Shown here in pieces: positions 28,389 through 37,465 of a DNA stretch of 64,000 nucleotides. The stretch spans positions 19,966 through 83,965 of the forward strand of contig CAZIHS010000001.1 in the NCBI GenBank assembly GCA_964538765.1. Reading direction: 5' to 3'. Each line of letters opens with the position of its first letter. Position 1 is the stretch's first letter. The notes under the pieces were generated by a model. The model worked only from the letters and a program-made list of their open reading frames with translations. It made no database searches and was not told the DNA's origin. Origin of the DNA: an uncultured Gammaproteobacteria bacterium. Its GTDB lineage: Bacteria; Patescibacteriota; Microgenomatia; UBA12405. Made by a program: the position numbers and the translations under genes.

Positions 28389-28406
28389 AATGCTATTCTA
28401 TTTCTA

Positions 28407-28928
28407 GTGATTAGAAATACTTATTACTTGCTGATCGGGGGGCTGATATTGATGTGTCTTTTGGTGATTGTTACCTCGGAAAATTTTCATTCTGTTTTTA
28501 ACTTTTACGCAGTAACCTCAAACTCAATGAGCCCGGTGATTGCACCAGGAAGCATTGTGATAATCCGCAATGAACAGACTTATCTGACGGGAGAAATTAT
28601 ATCTTACGACCACCCAAACTCGGGAAACAATCAAAATTTACAAACAACAACCCACCGAATTATTCACATTTTGGACACAACCAGAGGAAAGGCTTATGTA
28701 ACTAAAGGCGACGCCAACCTAAGCTCGGATCAGGCGATTGTTTTTCCGGAAATGATAAAAGGGAAAGTGAAAGTTGTTATACCCGCAATTGGCTACCTGG
28801 TACTTTTTTTAAACCAGCCTTTGGCAAAAATATGGTTTATTCTGTTGCCAACGGTGGTGATAGTTTTAATTGAGCTTTATAAAGTCGGACTAGGTTTGTC
28901 GGGCAAGGAATTTAATTTTCGACATTAG
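28407..28928 (+). CDS. sipW: Signal peptidase I, SipW/Sec11 (S26B) type, copy 2
   Basis: N-terminal TM helix and motifs TSNSMSP, THRIIH, GDAN. Confidence 0.75.
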   Translation: MIRNTYYLLIGGLILMCLLVIVTSENFHSVFNFYAVTSNSMSPVIAPGSIVIIRNEQTYLTGEIISYDHPNSGNNQNLQTTTHRIIHILDTTRGKAYVTKGDANLSSDQAIVFPEMIKGKVKVVIPAIGYLVLFLNQPLAKIWFILLPTVVIVLIELYKVGLGLSGKEFNFRH

Positions 28929-29546
28929 TTCTTTTGTTTTATCCTTAACCAGGATTCGATTTTCGACCGAGCCGGTTGGCGGAATAGACTGGCCGATATT
29001 TATCCAATAGTTTCGACCAAGATACCAAAGCATCCTGTCTTTTTTGTTGGCCAAATTTATATTAATTTTTTTTATTTTTTCCTTTTGAACATGAAAACCC
29101 ACAGGAATAATAGGAACGCCGGCGGCCAGCGCTAAACGGACGGCTCCGGTGTGGGGCCGGCCATAGCCGGTCTTTGGACTTAGTTTTCCCTCTACAAAAA
29201 CGACAATACTGTGGCCATTTTTTAGGCGTTCAAGTGCCTCGGCAAAAGCTTCCTGACCGTGGTGGGGGTCAACTGGGATATGTCCACTCTTTTTAAGATA
29301 CCAGCCAAACAGCGGAACGGTAAATACTGAGCGGTGGATAAGAATACTCAATTTTTCAGGAAATAGTATTGGCATCAGGAAGGGATCGGTGGTCGAGGGG
29401 TGGTTGGCGACAATAACCCGGGGAGTGGAAAATAATAATGGTTCTTTTTTAAGGCGGATGCTAAGAAATAATCTGGCATAGGTTTTAACAATATATTGGC
29501 CAATTTTGTAGGTTACTAACTCGGAAGTCATAGGATATGATAGCAT
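28890..29546 (-). CDS. plsC: 1-acyl-sn-glycerol-3-phosphate acyltransferase-like (LPLAT family)
   Basis: HxxxxD acyltransferase motif region VIVANHPSTTDPF, then FVEGKLS and PIIPV blocks. Confidence 0.65.
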   Translation of the reverse strand: MLSYPMTSELVTYKIGQYIVKTYARLFLSIRLKKEPLLFSTPRVIVANHPSTTDPFLMPILFPEKLSILIHRSVFTVPLFGWYLKKSGHIPVDPHHGQEAFAEALERLKNGHSIVVFVEGKLSPKTGYGRPHTGAVRLALAAGVPIIPVGFHVQKEKIKKININLANKKDRMLWYLGRNYWINIGQSIPPTGSVENRILVKDKTKELMSKIKFLARQT

Positions 29547-29614
29547 CTGACCGTGGTTCTAAAACCGCCGATAACTAACGGCCTTGGCTTTTTTGTTTTG
29601 TAGCAATACTTTGG

Positions 29615-30406
29615 TTAGCCTCCAGCACTGGTGTATGTGGAAATGGAATATTTCCAAAATAACCAGGAGAGCGGGCAAAAAATAAGGATATACCCGATAA
29701 CATACGCCGTTATTTCTGGAGCGAGCAGTCCAAGAAGCGACTTGGCGGGAACAGTGGAGATAATGGTAACCGGAACCACAAAGTCGAGAATAAATCGAAA
29801 GACCCCGTGATAGACATCGGTGGGAATGGTGGAAGACCGCATTAAAGATCGATAAAGCCAAACAAGGTTGTCAATTTCGGTGGTCAAAATACAGAAGGCG
29901 GCAATTGCTAAAAAAAGAAAAAAGGCGGTAATAACTGATAATGACAAAAGTACAATGAAAAGTAAGACGCTGGTGTAGCTTAACAAAATATTATATCTAA
30001 CCAGGTAATAGATTAAGGTTAAGCTTTGAATAATAATCAAGGGCAAATCCAAGAAATCCGGACCAGAAAGAAGGGGCCGGAAAAAACTGGGCAGAGGCTT
30101 GAGAAGGTCAAGGTCGAAGTCGCCGCGAACCAATACCGGCCGAAAGCTATAGATGGAACGAAATAAAAACTGGGTGATTGATTCAGCGAGGTTATAGACT
30201 AAAACAAAAATAACCGCCTGATTTAGGTTGTAGCCGTTAATGTTTGGGGTTTGGCGAAAAATGGCGAATATAACCACTAAGGTGAAAATATAATTGAGGA
30301 ACTTGCCCATAATGAATAAGGTGGAGCTGGAAAGAGTCAGGAGCTGGTTTTGAAGGTTATTCTTGGCGATGATGCGCCAAGCCGTATAAACTGTTTTAAT
30401 TACCAT
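29615..30406 (-). CDS. ABC-2 type transporter permease (COG3694/COG4587-like), subunit 2
   Basis: Six-TM hydrophobic protein with C-terminal W..W..YSISTYTSAGG signature. Start ATG overlaps the corrected stop of the upstream permease. Confidence 0.6.
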   Translation of the reverse strand: MVIKTVYTAWRIIAKNNLQNQLLTLSSSTLFIMGKFLNYIFTLVVIFAIFRQTPNINGYNLNQAVIFVLVYNLAESITQFLFRSIYSFRPVLVRGDFDLDLLKPLPSFFRPLLSGPDFLDLPLIIIQSLTLIYYLVRYNILLSYTSVLLFIVLLSLSVITAFFLFLAIAAFCILTTEIDNLVWLYRSLMRSSTIPTDVYHGVFRFILDFVVPVTIISTVPAKSLLGLLAPEITAYVIGYILIFCPLSWLFWKYSISTYTSAGG

Positions 30407-30534
30407 AGCTTTGGAAATTTATTTTGCCGCGGTGCCACAGCAGAAGAGAAAGTAAATATGAAGATAATAGAACAGAAAGGTAGGATGCGAACAGGCCGAT
30501 AATTTCGGCCGGGTTAATCATGCCCAACCAAAGT

Positions 30535-31191
30535 TTAACGGGATAATAATACAGGTAGGGAAAGGGGGGTGAAGTTGAGAATACTCAAGATGTTTTTTGG
30601 TAAAAAATCGAGGGGCAAATACTGGCCGCTAAAAAGGTTGATGAAAACAACTCCAAAGAGAAAGCGAGAAGACCAGGCGTGATCAGACCAAAAAGTGATA
30701 AATGAGACTGAAAGGCTATAAAAAAAGAAAATAACAATGGCAAAAAATACTGAAACCGTGAAATAGGTCAGGTTTTGGATGGTTGGATAAACAACGTCGG
30801 GACGAAAAAACATAAAGACTAAAAAAAGTTCGACCGACAGAAAGGAGAGGTTGAATATTTTGTCAATAATGTCTCGACTTAAATAGTATTTTATTGGACT
30901 GATTGGCTTTAGAAGCAAACTTGATAACTGGCCGGACTGGATATCTCCACCAATGTCCGCGGTGCGGGTGGAAAAAACCAGAGCGCGAATTAGGTAGCCG
31001 ATAACAAAATATGAATATATCTGGGGTATATTGTAAACCCCAAGACTGGACTTACCGCTTGAAATGGCCGACCAAAGATAGAAAAAAGTGACAAAAGAGA
31101 TCAGGGTTTGAAGCCGCCAAAAAATGAAATTGACCCGATAAATAAAATACTCACCAAGAGTGTTTTTGGCGATTTGGAGATATTTTTTCAT
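30535..31191 (-). CDS. ABC-2 type transporter permease, subunit 1, apparently frameshifted near the 3' end
   Basis: ORF ends ...LSLPVLLSR*. A +1-frame continuation (30396..30534) encodes another TM helix and a C-terminal W..G...Y.S.GN signature like subunit 2. The frame switch maps to a G6/C6 homopolymer at 30564-30569. Confidence 0.6.
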   Translation of the reverse strand: MKKYLQIAKNTLGEYFIYRVNFIFWRLQTLISFVTFFYLWSAISSGKSSLGVYNIPQIYSYFVIGYLIRALVFSTRTADIGGDIQSGQLSSLLLKPISPIKYYLSRDIIDKIFNLSFLSVELFLVFMFFRPDVVYPTIQNLTYFTVSVFFAIVIFFFYSLSVSFITFWSDHAWSSRFLFGVVFINLFSGQYLPLDFLPKNILSILNFTPLSLPVLLSR

Positions 31192-32165
31192 CGGCCTTTA
31201 AATATCTGCTTAATGATGGTTTCGATGGGCGTGTCTTCAACTGTCAGATCAGTTGGTTGAAATCTGTTTATTATTTCGGACAAGGACGGGAGATAGTTTT
31301 CCTGGGGTAGGGATATTTCTAAAGAATAAGGAGAGGTTGATTTGGCCTGGCCATAAGATACAAAGTTGGAAACGGCTACAGGATTATTGAAAGTTAACTT
31401 TAGCAGTTTGTGGTGGCGATATTTTGACTTTAACTGACCTGTTTCGCCGTCATATTTAATTTTGCCGTTATCAATTATTATTATCCGGTGGCAAAGCTGC
31501 TCAACATCGGTCATGTTGTGGCTGGTGAGAATAATAGTCGATTTGAATTCCCGGTTATATTCCTCGATAAATTGGCGTATTCTTGCGCCGGCGAGGATGT
31601 CAAGACCAATGGTTGGCTCGTCGAGAAAAACAACTTTGGGCTGATGAAGGAGGGCGACAACAAATTCACACTTCATTCTCTGACCAAGCGATAATTTTTT
31701 AGTTTGAACGTTGATAATGTCCTTAATGTCTAAGGCTTCGACAAAAAAATCAAGTTGCCGTTGGTATTGACGAACGGGGATGTCATAAATTGCCTGGTTA
31801 AGTAAAAAAGTTTCCTGGGGAGGAAGGTCCCACCAAAGTTGATTTTTTTGACCCATAACAAATCCAATGGAACGGAGGTATTCGGGTTGACGGCGGCTGG
31901 GAGTATAACCCAAAACTTCAACAGAGCCCTGGGTGGGAAACAGCAGACCGGTCAAACATTTTAAGGTGGTAGATTTACCAGCTCCATTTGGACCAATAAA
32001 GCCAAGCAGTTCACCCTGCTTTATAGAAAAACTTATTTGATCAACCGCCTTGACGCAACGGTATTTCCGATGAAACAGCGATTTCACCGATTCGGCCAAA
32101 CCCGGTTTTTTGTCAAAAACATAAAAGTTTTTTGTAAGTTTATTGATTTTTATCAAATCAGACAT
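31188..32165 (-). CDS. ABC transporter ATP-binding protein with C-terminal extension (COG4586-like)
   Basis: Walker A GPNGAGKST, signature LSLGQRMKCEF, Walker B VVFLDEPTIGLD, and an extra tail of about 90 aa. Confidence 0.85.
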   Translation of the reverse strand: MSDLIKINKLTKNFYVFDKKPGLAESVKSLFHRKYRCVKAVDQISFSIKQGELLGFIGPNGAGKSTTLKCLTGLLFPTQGSVEVLGYTPSRRQPEYLRSIGFVMGQKNQLWWDLPPQETFLLNQAIYDIPVRQYQRQLDFFVEALDIKDIINVQTKKLSLGQRMKCEFVVALLHQPKVVFLDEPTIGLDILAGARIRQFIEEYNREFKSTIILTSHNMTDVEQLCHRIIIIDNGKIKYDGETGQLKSKYRHHKLLKLTFNNPVAVSNFVSYGQAKSTSPYSLEISLPQENYLPSLSEIINRFQPTDLTVEDTPIETIIKQIFKGR

Positions 32166-32185
32166 GAGTTTAGTTTACCAAAAAA

Positions 32186-32209
32186 CCCCGCTTAAAGCGG
32201 GGTTTTTTT
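32186..32209 (-). terminator. Bidirectional rho-independent terminator-like hairpin downstream of hup
   Basis: AAAAAA-CCCCGC-TTAAA-GCGGGG-TTTTTTT. Confidence 0.5.
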
Positions 32210-32224
32210 AAATAAAGTCAAAAA

Positions 32225-32497
32225 TTATTTGACCATCTTTTTGATTTTGGTGCCAGGAATGTAGCGAGGCATACGTCGGCCAGCGATTTTTTTGGATTCT
32301 TTTGAACCAATTGCTTTAATGGTTTTTGGTTTAAACATTTTGGTTTTGAAAGTACCAAAACCAGAAAGCTTAACTACTTCTCCACCGGCAAGAGCTTTCA
32401 TGACTTCGTTTAGAAAAGTCTCAACTGCTTGTTTTGCAGCTTTTTTACTCAACTTGGCTTTTTGAGATACAACTTCGATTAGATCTTTTTTGGTCAT
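32225..32497 (-). CDS. hup: HU/IHF family DNA-binding protein
   Basis: MTKKDLIEVV ... SGFGTFKTK ... RMPRYIPGTKIK, an HU fold with a lysine-rich arm. Confidence 0.75.
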   Translation of the reverse strand: MTKKDLIEVVSQKAKLSKKAAKQAVETFLNEVMKALAGGEVVKLSGFGTFKTKMFKPKTIKAIGSKESKKIAGRRMPRYIPGTKIKKMVK

Positions 32498-32557
32498 TGT
32501 TTTTTAAATTATTAATTTCAAGATCAATTCTAACGTATCGGCGTCAGATTGCAACTG

Positions 32558-34171
32558 TTATTGTGTGTTATTTACCGCATTTTTACTGATGTCAGCGTTG
32601 GTGTTGCCTGACTTGCCGCTGATATTCACTCGATTATTACTTCCTGTTTTATTGGGAATAATTGTACTACTGGTTCGCAACTCGCGAACAACCGTGACCC
32701 GAATTTGGCCGGCCCATTTGGCCTCTTCTTCAAGTTTTTCGGCGATGTTTTGACTTAACATCACCGAGTCAGTATCGGTTACCGCTCCCGGATCAACAAT
32801 TACCATAACTTCGCGACCGGCTTGATAAGCAGCGACACTGAGAACGCCGGAAAAATCTTTCGCGACATCTTCAATATTTTTCATTCGCTTCAAATATTCT
32901 TCATGGACCTCGTAACGCGCTCCGGGGCGGGAGCCTGAGGCGGCATCGCCAAGGTACACGATGACTGATTCGGCGCTTGAAAACTCTTTGTCTTCGTGGT
33001 GTTCGGCGACAGCATTAATAACTGCCTGGGGCATTTTGAAGCGTTGAAGAAGATCGATGCCGAGGTCAACATGAGTACCTTCCTGATCGGTGATTACTTT
33101 ACCAATATCGTGAAGAAGGGCCCCTAAGCGAACCGTGTTGACGTCGGCTTTTAACTCCTGGGCGATGGCAACCGCTATTTTGACAGCTTCTATGGTGTGT
33201 TTGGCTAAGTTTTGACCATATGAATAGCGGAATTTGTATTTACCAATTTCTTTTATCAGCTCAATAGGGAGACTAAAAACGCCAACTTCCTGGCAAATAC
33301 GTTTTCCTTCGGCCAAAAGAATCTTGTCCATTTCAGACTTGGTTTGAAGGACTATTTGCTCAATTTTGACAGGCTGAATGCGTCCGTCTTTAATTAATTT
33401 TTCGAGGGCGATTTTGGCAATTTCACGACGGGTTGAGTCGAACGAAGAGATACGGATATCGTTGGTTTCGTCAAGCTCAAGCTCAACGCCGGTGGCTTTT
33501 TCAAAAGTCCGGATATTTCGGCCTTCGCGTCCAATAATCTTGCCCTTAATTTTGTCGTCTGGGAGGGTAATTACAGAAACGGTGTATTCGGCAACATAAT
33601 CAGTCACCCCGTGGCGCATTGCGTCAACTAATATGTCCCGGGCGGCTTCTTCTTCTTTTTGTTTTATTTCGTCTTTGGCCTCGTTAATTTTTTTAACAAT
33701 CCAACCGGCCATTCTTTTTTCAACGCTGCTTATCAGCAGCTGCTTGGCCTTTTCAATGTCAAGACCCGAAATTTGTTCAAGTTTTTCAATCTGTTTCCGA
33801 TAAAGGTCGTCGATTTGGCTCGTTTTTGTTTTTATTTCGGCGGCCTGAACATCTAGAGCTTTCTCTTTTTGGATTAGATATTTTTCTTTCTCATCTAGTA
33901 AAGAAAGGCGTTGGTCAATTTCAGCTTCTTTCCGCTTAAGCTGGGAATCAAGCTGGCTTTGAACAGGGGGGAGGTTGGGTCTTAAATTGGCAGCCGGTTG
34001 AGCGGGGCGGACAGGGTTTGTTTGCTGGGGTCTGACCGGTGGCCTGGCAATTTTGTTTTGGGGTGTATAAGTTACCCGATGCTGAGAAGGTGGAGGAGAA
34101 GTTGGCTGGGCAGACGGTAACTTTTGGGGACGAGAAAATACCTTGGATATTTTGGCAAAAATATTGAACAT
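32558..34171 (-). CDS. rny: Ribonuclease Y
   Basis: Coiled-coil region, KH domain (GKIIGREGRNIR) and HD domain (LLHDIGK). Unusual Pro/Gln-rich N-terminus. Confidence 0.85.
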   Translation of the reverse strand: MFNIFAKISKVFSRPQKLPSAQPTSPPPSQHRVTYTPQNKIARPPVRPQQTNPVRPAQPAANLRPNLPPVQSQLDSQLKRKEAEIDQRLSLLDEKEKYLIQKEKALDVQAAEIKTKTSQIDDLYRKQIEKLEQISGLDIEKAKQLLISSVEKRMAGWIVKKINEAKDEIKQKEEEAARDILVDAMRHGVTDYVAEYTVSVITLPDDKIKGKIIGREGRNIRTFEKATGVELELDETNDIRISSFDSTRREIAKIALEKLIKDGRIQPVKIEQIVLQTKSEMDKILLAEGKRICQEVGVFSLPIELIKEIGKYKFRYSYGQNLAKHTIEAVKIAVAIAQELKADVNTVRLGALLHDIGKVITDQEGTHVDLGIDLLQRFKMPQAVINAVAEHHEDKEFSSAESVIVYLGDAASGSRPGARYEVHEEYLKRMKNIEDVAKDFSGVLSVAAYQAGREVMVIVDPGAVTDTDSVMLSQNIAEKLEEEAKWAGQIRVTVVRELRTSSTIIPNKTGSNNRVNISGKSGNTNADISKNAVNNTQ

Positions 34172-34339
34172 GACGGGCCTCCTTTGTTACTTGAGAAGAT
34201 AGCGAAAAAGATTAGATTGATGTCAACTGAAATGTATACATTGTCTATCTGTCAAGTAAATATAAAAATATTTAAAGCGGTTTCAAACTAACCTCTTATT
34301 GTACCTTTTAAAGGGGTATTGGTCAAAGTATCAAAATAA

Positions 34340-35398
34340 TTAAACCTCGGCGGGAGGCGGAGGAGTGTTGTTTTGGCCACTGATTGCCAGCTTCCAAATA
34401 TCTTTCTTTAAACTGTTAGTTTTTTCGGGATGATCTTTTAAATAAGTTTTGACAGCTTCACGGCCCTGGAAATTGAGGTTGTCTATCTTGAAGAAAGCGC
34501 CAGCTTTAACTATCAGTCCGTGCTGAATTGCCAGATCGACCATACTACCGTAAATTGAAATACCTTCGGTGTTCATGATGTCAAACTCAGCTTCTTTAAA
34601 AGGAGGAGCAATTTTGTTTTTGATGATTCTGGCCCGATGTTGGGATCCAACAATAATGCCAGCACTGGTTTTGATGTTGGCGATTTTACGAAGATCAATG
34701 CGAATTGATGAGTAAAATTTTAGAGCAAGACCACCAGGGGTGGTTTCGGGATTACCAAACATAATGCCAATTTTTTGCCTGATTTGATTGGTGAAAACGA
34801 CAACGGTTTTTGATTTTGAAATCGCGCCGGTAAGTTTTCGAAGAGCTTGAGACATTAATCTGGCTTGAGCCCCCATAACCGAGTCGCCCATTTCGCCCTC
34901 GATTTCGGCCTTGGGAACAAGGGCGGCAACAGAGTCGATTACGATTACGTCGACAGCATTGGAGCGAACCAGAGTTTCAACAATTTCTAAAGCCTGTTCT
35001 GCATTGTCTGGTTGTGATATCAACATATTGTCGAGGTCAACACCAACCATGGCGGCTCTGGCCGGATCAAGGGCATGCTCGACATCGATAAAGGCGGCGG
35101 TACCGCCGGCTTTTTGGGCTTCAGCTACAACATGAAGACAAAGAGTGGTTTTACCTGATGCCTCTGGACCAAAAACCTCACTAACCCGGCCGCGGGGAAG
35201 CCCGCCGACACCAAGAGCTAGGTCGAGAGGCAAGCAACCAGTGGGAATAACGTCTACAGCCATGTCGGCCTTGCGATCACCCATTTTCATAATGGCACCT
35301 TCGCCAAACGCCTTAGTAATTTGTTCCATAGCTAATTTGACGGCCTGGACTTTGTTTTCAGAGACAGGAATTATTTTTTTGGTCTTGTGTTTGGTCAC
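34340..35398 (-). CDS. recA: Recombinase RecA
   Basis: [36 protein letters not shown] and [15 protein letters not shown] blocks. Confidence 0.95.
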   Translation of the reverse strand: MTKHKTKKIIPVSENKVQAVKLAMEQITKAFGEGAIMKMGDRKADMAVDVIPTGCLPLDLALGVGGLPRGRVSEVFGPEASGKTTLCLHVVAEAQKAGGTAAFIDVEHALDPARAAMVGVDLDNMLISQPDNAEQALEIVETLVRSNAVDVIVIDSVAALVPKAEIEGEMGDSVMGAQARLMSQALRKLTGAISKSKTVVVFTNQIRQKIGIMFGNPETTPGGLALKFYSSIRIDLRKIANIKTSAGIIVGSQHRARIIKNKIAPPFKEAEFDIMNTEGISIYGSMVDLAIQHGLIVKAGAFFKIDNLNFQGREAVKTYLKDHPEKTNSLKKDIWKLAISGQNNTPPPPAEV

Positions 35399-35534
35399 TT
35401 TAGATTAAACATATAAAGTCTATTGGTGATACCAACTTTGGGGATGGTAAGTCAAGGAGTCAAAACCGAAGAAAAAACGAATATTGATGGTGGGCAAGAA
35501 GGGAAAAACAAGATATAATATCTGGTTACTTCAT

Positions 35535-35608
35535 CGGGGTGTGGCGCAATTGGCTAGCGCGCGCGCATGGGGTGCGTGAGGTTGGCAGTTCGAATCTGCT
35601 CACTCCGA
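35535..35608 (+). tRNA. tRNA-Pro (anticodon GGG)
   Basis: Manual cloverleaf. Acceptor CGGGGTG/CACTCCG with the C1-G72 pair typical of bacterial tRNA-Pro, anticodon arm CGCGC-ATGGGGT-GCGTG with G37, T-loop TTCGAAT. Confidence 0.8.
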
Positions 35609-35870
35609 CTTGGAATGACATTTTTATATGGGAGGGTTGTAGGTGGGTTGAAACTGAAATTTTTGTGGTGTTCTGATAGAATTCAAACACTGTCCAAAAT
35701 TTTGCTGGTTAAAAGAAGGCCGATGGCGGATGGAATTTGGGAGAATATGGCAAAAAAAAGTATTAAAGATTGTTATCTTAAAATATACAGTATCAGGAAG
35801 AAAAGCACTGAGAACCCGGGGAAACTAAAAAAAGAAAAACACAACCTTAGTCTTCTTTTGTGGCAGAGAC

Positions 35871-36626
35871 TTAACGGAAGAGTAGCTGACTGCTAAAAAT
35901 CAGGAGAAGAAAGGCTAGTAACGAGGTGTAGATGCTAAAGTACCAAATGGATCGTCGGGAAAGGATCTTTTGAAGGGTAAAAAGAGCCGTGTAGCTGACA
36001 ATAATAGTCAGGACGAACGAAAGCAGGTATACAGGTGAAAAATACTGATTGATTTCGGAAATTGGCAGTTTGTAGGCCTCAAGGATCAGGGCGCCGATTG
36101 AAGCCGGAAGATATAGAGCAAATGAAAAATTAAAGGCAGCAAGAGGGCTGATACCCAAAAGCATGGCGGCCGAGATGGTGGCTCCCGACCTGGAGACACC
36201 AGGAAGGATTGCCAAGGCCTGAAACGACCCAATCAAAAGGGCTTTGGCCAGGCTCATTTTGTTTTCTTGGTTCTTTGAAAACCTGGTCGAGTAGACCAAA
36301 AGCGAAGTTATCAAAAAAAAGAAAGGAAGCAAAAACCTGTTTTCATAGACAATTCCTATTTGACGGCGGAAAAGTAAGCCAACTAAAGCGGCCGGCAGGG
36401 AGGCAAGCAGAATATATTTGAAGTTGTGATAGAAATATGCTTTTTGGTGGCGAAAATAGAGTAAAACCGAAATAAGCGAAGCGGTGTTAAGAAAAACATC
36501 AAAATTTACCGAAGGTTTTAACTGATACAGGAAGTGAATTAAATTGAGATGACCGGAAGAAGAAATGGGAAGAAATTCAGCTATTCCCTGAACCAAGCTA
36601 AATATTATTGACTGCCAAAAAGTCAT
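35871..36626 (-). CDS. uppP: Undecaprenyl-diphosphate phosphatase
   Basis: LVQGIAEFLPISSSGH and PGVSRSGATI motifs of BacA/UppP. Confidence 0.85.
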   Translation of the reverse strand: MTFWQSIIFSLVQGIAEFLPISSSGHLNLIHFLYQLKPSVNFDVFLNTASLISVLLYFRHQKAYFYHNFKYILLASLPAALVGLLFRRQIGIVYENRFLLPFFFLITSLLVYSTRFSKNQENKMSLAKALLIGSFQALAILPGVSRSGATISAAMLLGISPLAAFNFSFALYLPASIGALILEAYKLPISEINQYFSPVYLLSFVLTIIVSYTALFTLQKILSRRSIWYFSIYTSLLAFLLLIFSSQLLFR

Positions 36627-36629
36627 GGG

Positions 36630-37037
36630 CTAGCGGCGAGGTGATTGCTTTTGACGCCTCGATTTACCACCAGTACCTATCATTCGCCTTTGTCTAACCC
36701 GGGAATCGACAGTAAGAAGAGAAGAGGCGCGCAAAAGTGGCGTGTAAAGCTGGCGGTCAATTTTCTGCAGAGATCTGGAAAGCGCCAGCGAGAGGGCGCC
36801 GGCCTGGCCCAGCTTGCCTCCACCGGTAATTTTAGCCTCGAAATAATATTTACCGACGGTGTTGGTGACCTGAAAAGGTTTGTTAAAAATGGTTTGGAGG
36901 CTCTTATCAGGAAAGTATTTATCAGAAGGTTTCTGGTTAATTTTTGAATCGTTTTTCCCAATAAAAAGTTTAACGGCAGATACGGCAGATTTGCGACGAC
37001 CGACGGAATAATAATACTTGTTGATGTTTTTTGTCAT
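36630..37037 (-). CDS. rpsI: 30S ribosomal protein S9
   Basis: YYSVGRRKSAVS ... GGGKLGQAGALSLALSRSL. Confidence 0.9.
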   Translation of the reverse strand: MTKNINKYYYSVGRRKSAVSAVKLFIGKNDSKINQKPSDKYFPDKSLQTIFNKPFQVTNTVGKYYFEAKITGGGKLGQAGALSLALSRSLQKIDRQLYTPLLRASSLLTVDSRVRQRRMIGTGGKSRRQKQSPRR

Positions 37038-37465
37038 TTTTTAGATGATAACTTATCCTGGTAGGGATGTTCTGACCCAATGAATATTTTAAGGCGGGTC
37101 ATCCTGACATCACGAAGGCGATTTTTTGGGATCATACCGTAGACACCGTGTCTTAAAACTTCCTTTGGGTCGTCTTTGAGCAGTTGACCAAGGGTATAAG
37201 ACTTAAGGTGACCCGAATAGGCAGTGTGGTAGTAATAAACCTTATCTTTAAGTTTGTTGCCGGTGGTTTTAATTTTTGAGACATTGATGGCAACAACGTA
37301 ATCTCCCTGATCCTGATGATAAGAAAAGCCGGCTTTATTTTTGCCCATTAAATATTGAGCTATTTGAGTACAAGCCCGGCCAAGAGTTTGAGTTGATAAA
37401 TCAACCAGATGCCAGGAGCGAACTATCTTTTCGTCTTTTACGATGGAGCTTTTAAATGGTTTCAT
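37034..37465 (-). CDS. rplM: 50S ribosomal protein L13
   Basis: WHLVDLSTQTLGRACTQIAQYLMGK. Confidence 0.9.
   Translation of the reverse strand: MKPFKSSIVKDEKIVRSWHLVDLSTQTLGRACTQIAQYLMGKNKAGFSYHQDQGDYVVAINVSKIKTTGNKLKDKVYYYHTAYSGHLKSYTLGQLLKDDPKEVLRHGVYGMIPKNRLRDVRMTRLKIFIGSEHPYQDKLSSKK

Noticed and set aside
29559-29861. 100-aa minus-strand ORF overlapping the ABC-2 permease
   Set aside because: It is in an alternative frame inside a longer membrane-protein gene with coherent hydrophobicity, and has a Cys/His-rich low-complexity translation.
35567-35896. 109-aa ORF on the plus strand
   Set aside because: Its 5' third runs through the tRNA-Pro gene (35535..35608) and its 3' end overlaps uppP. 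At most a short internal segment (from 35750) could be real, as noted in the findings.
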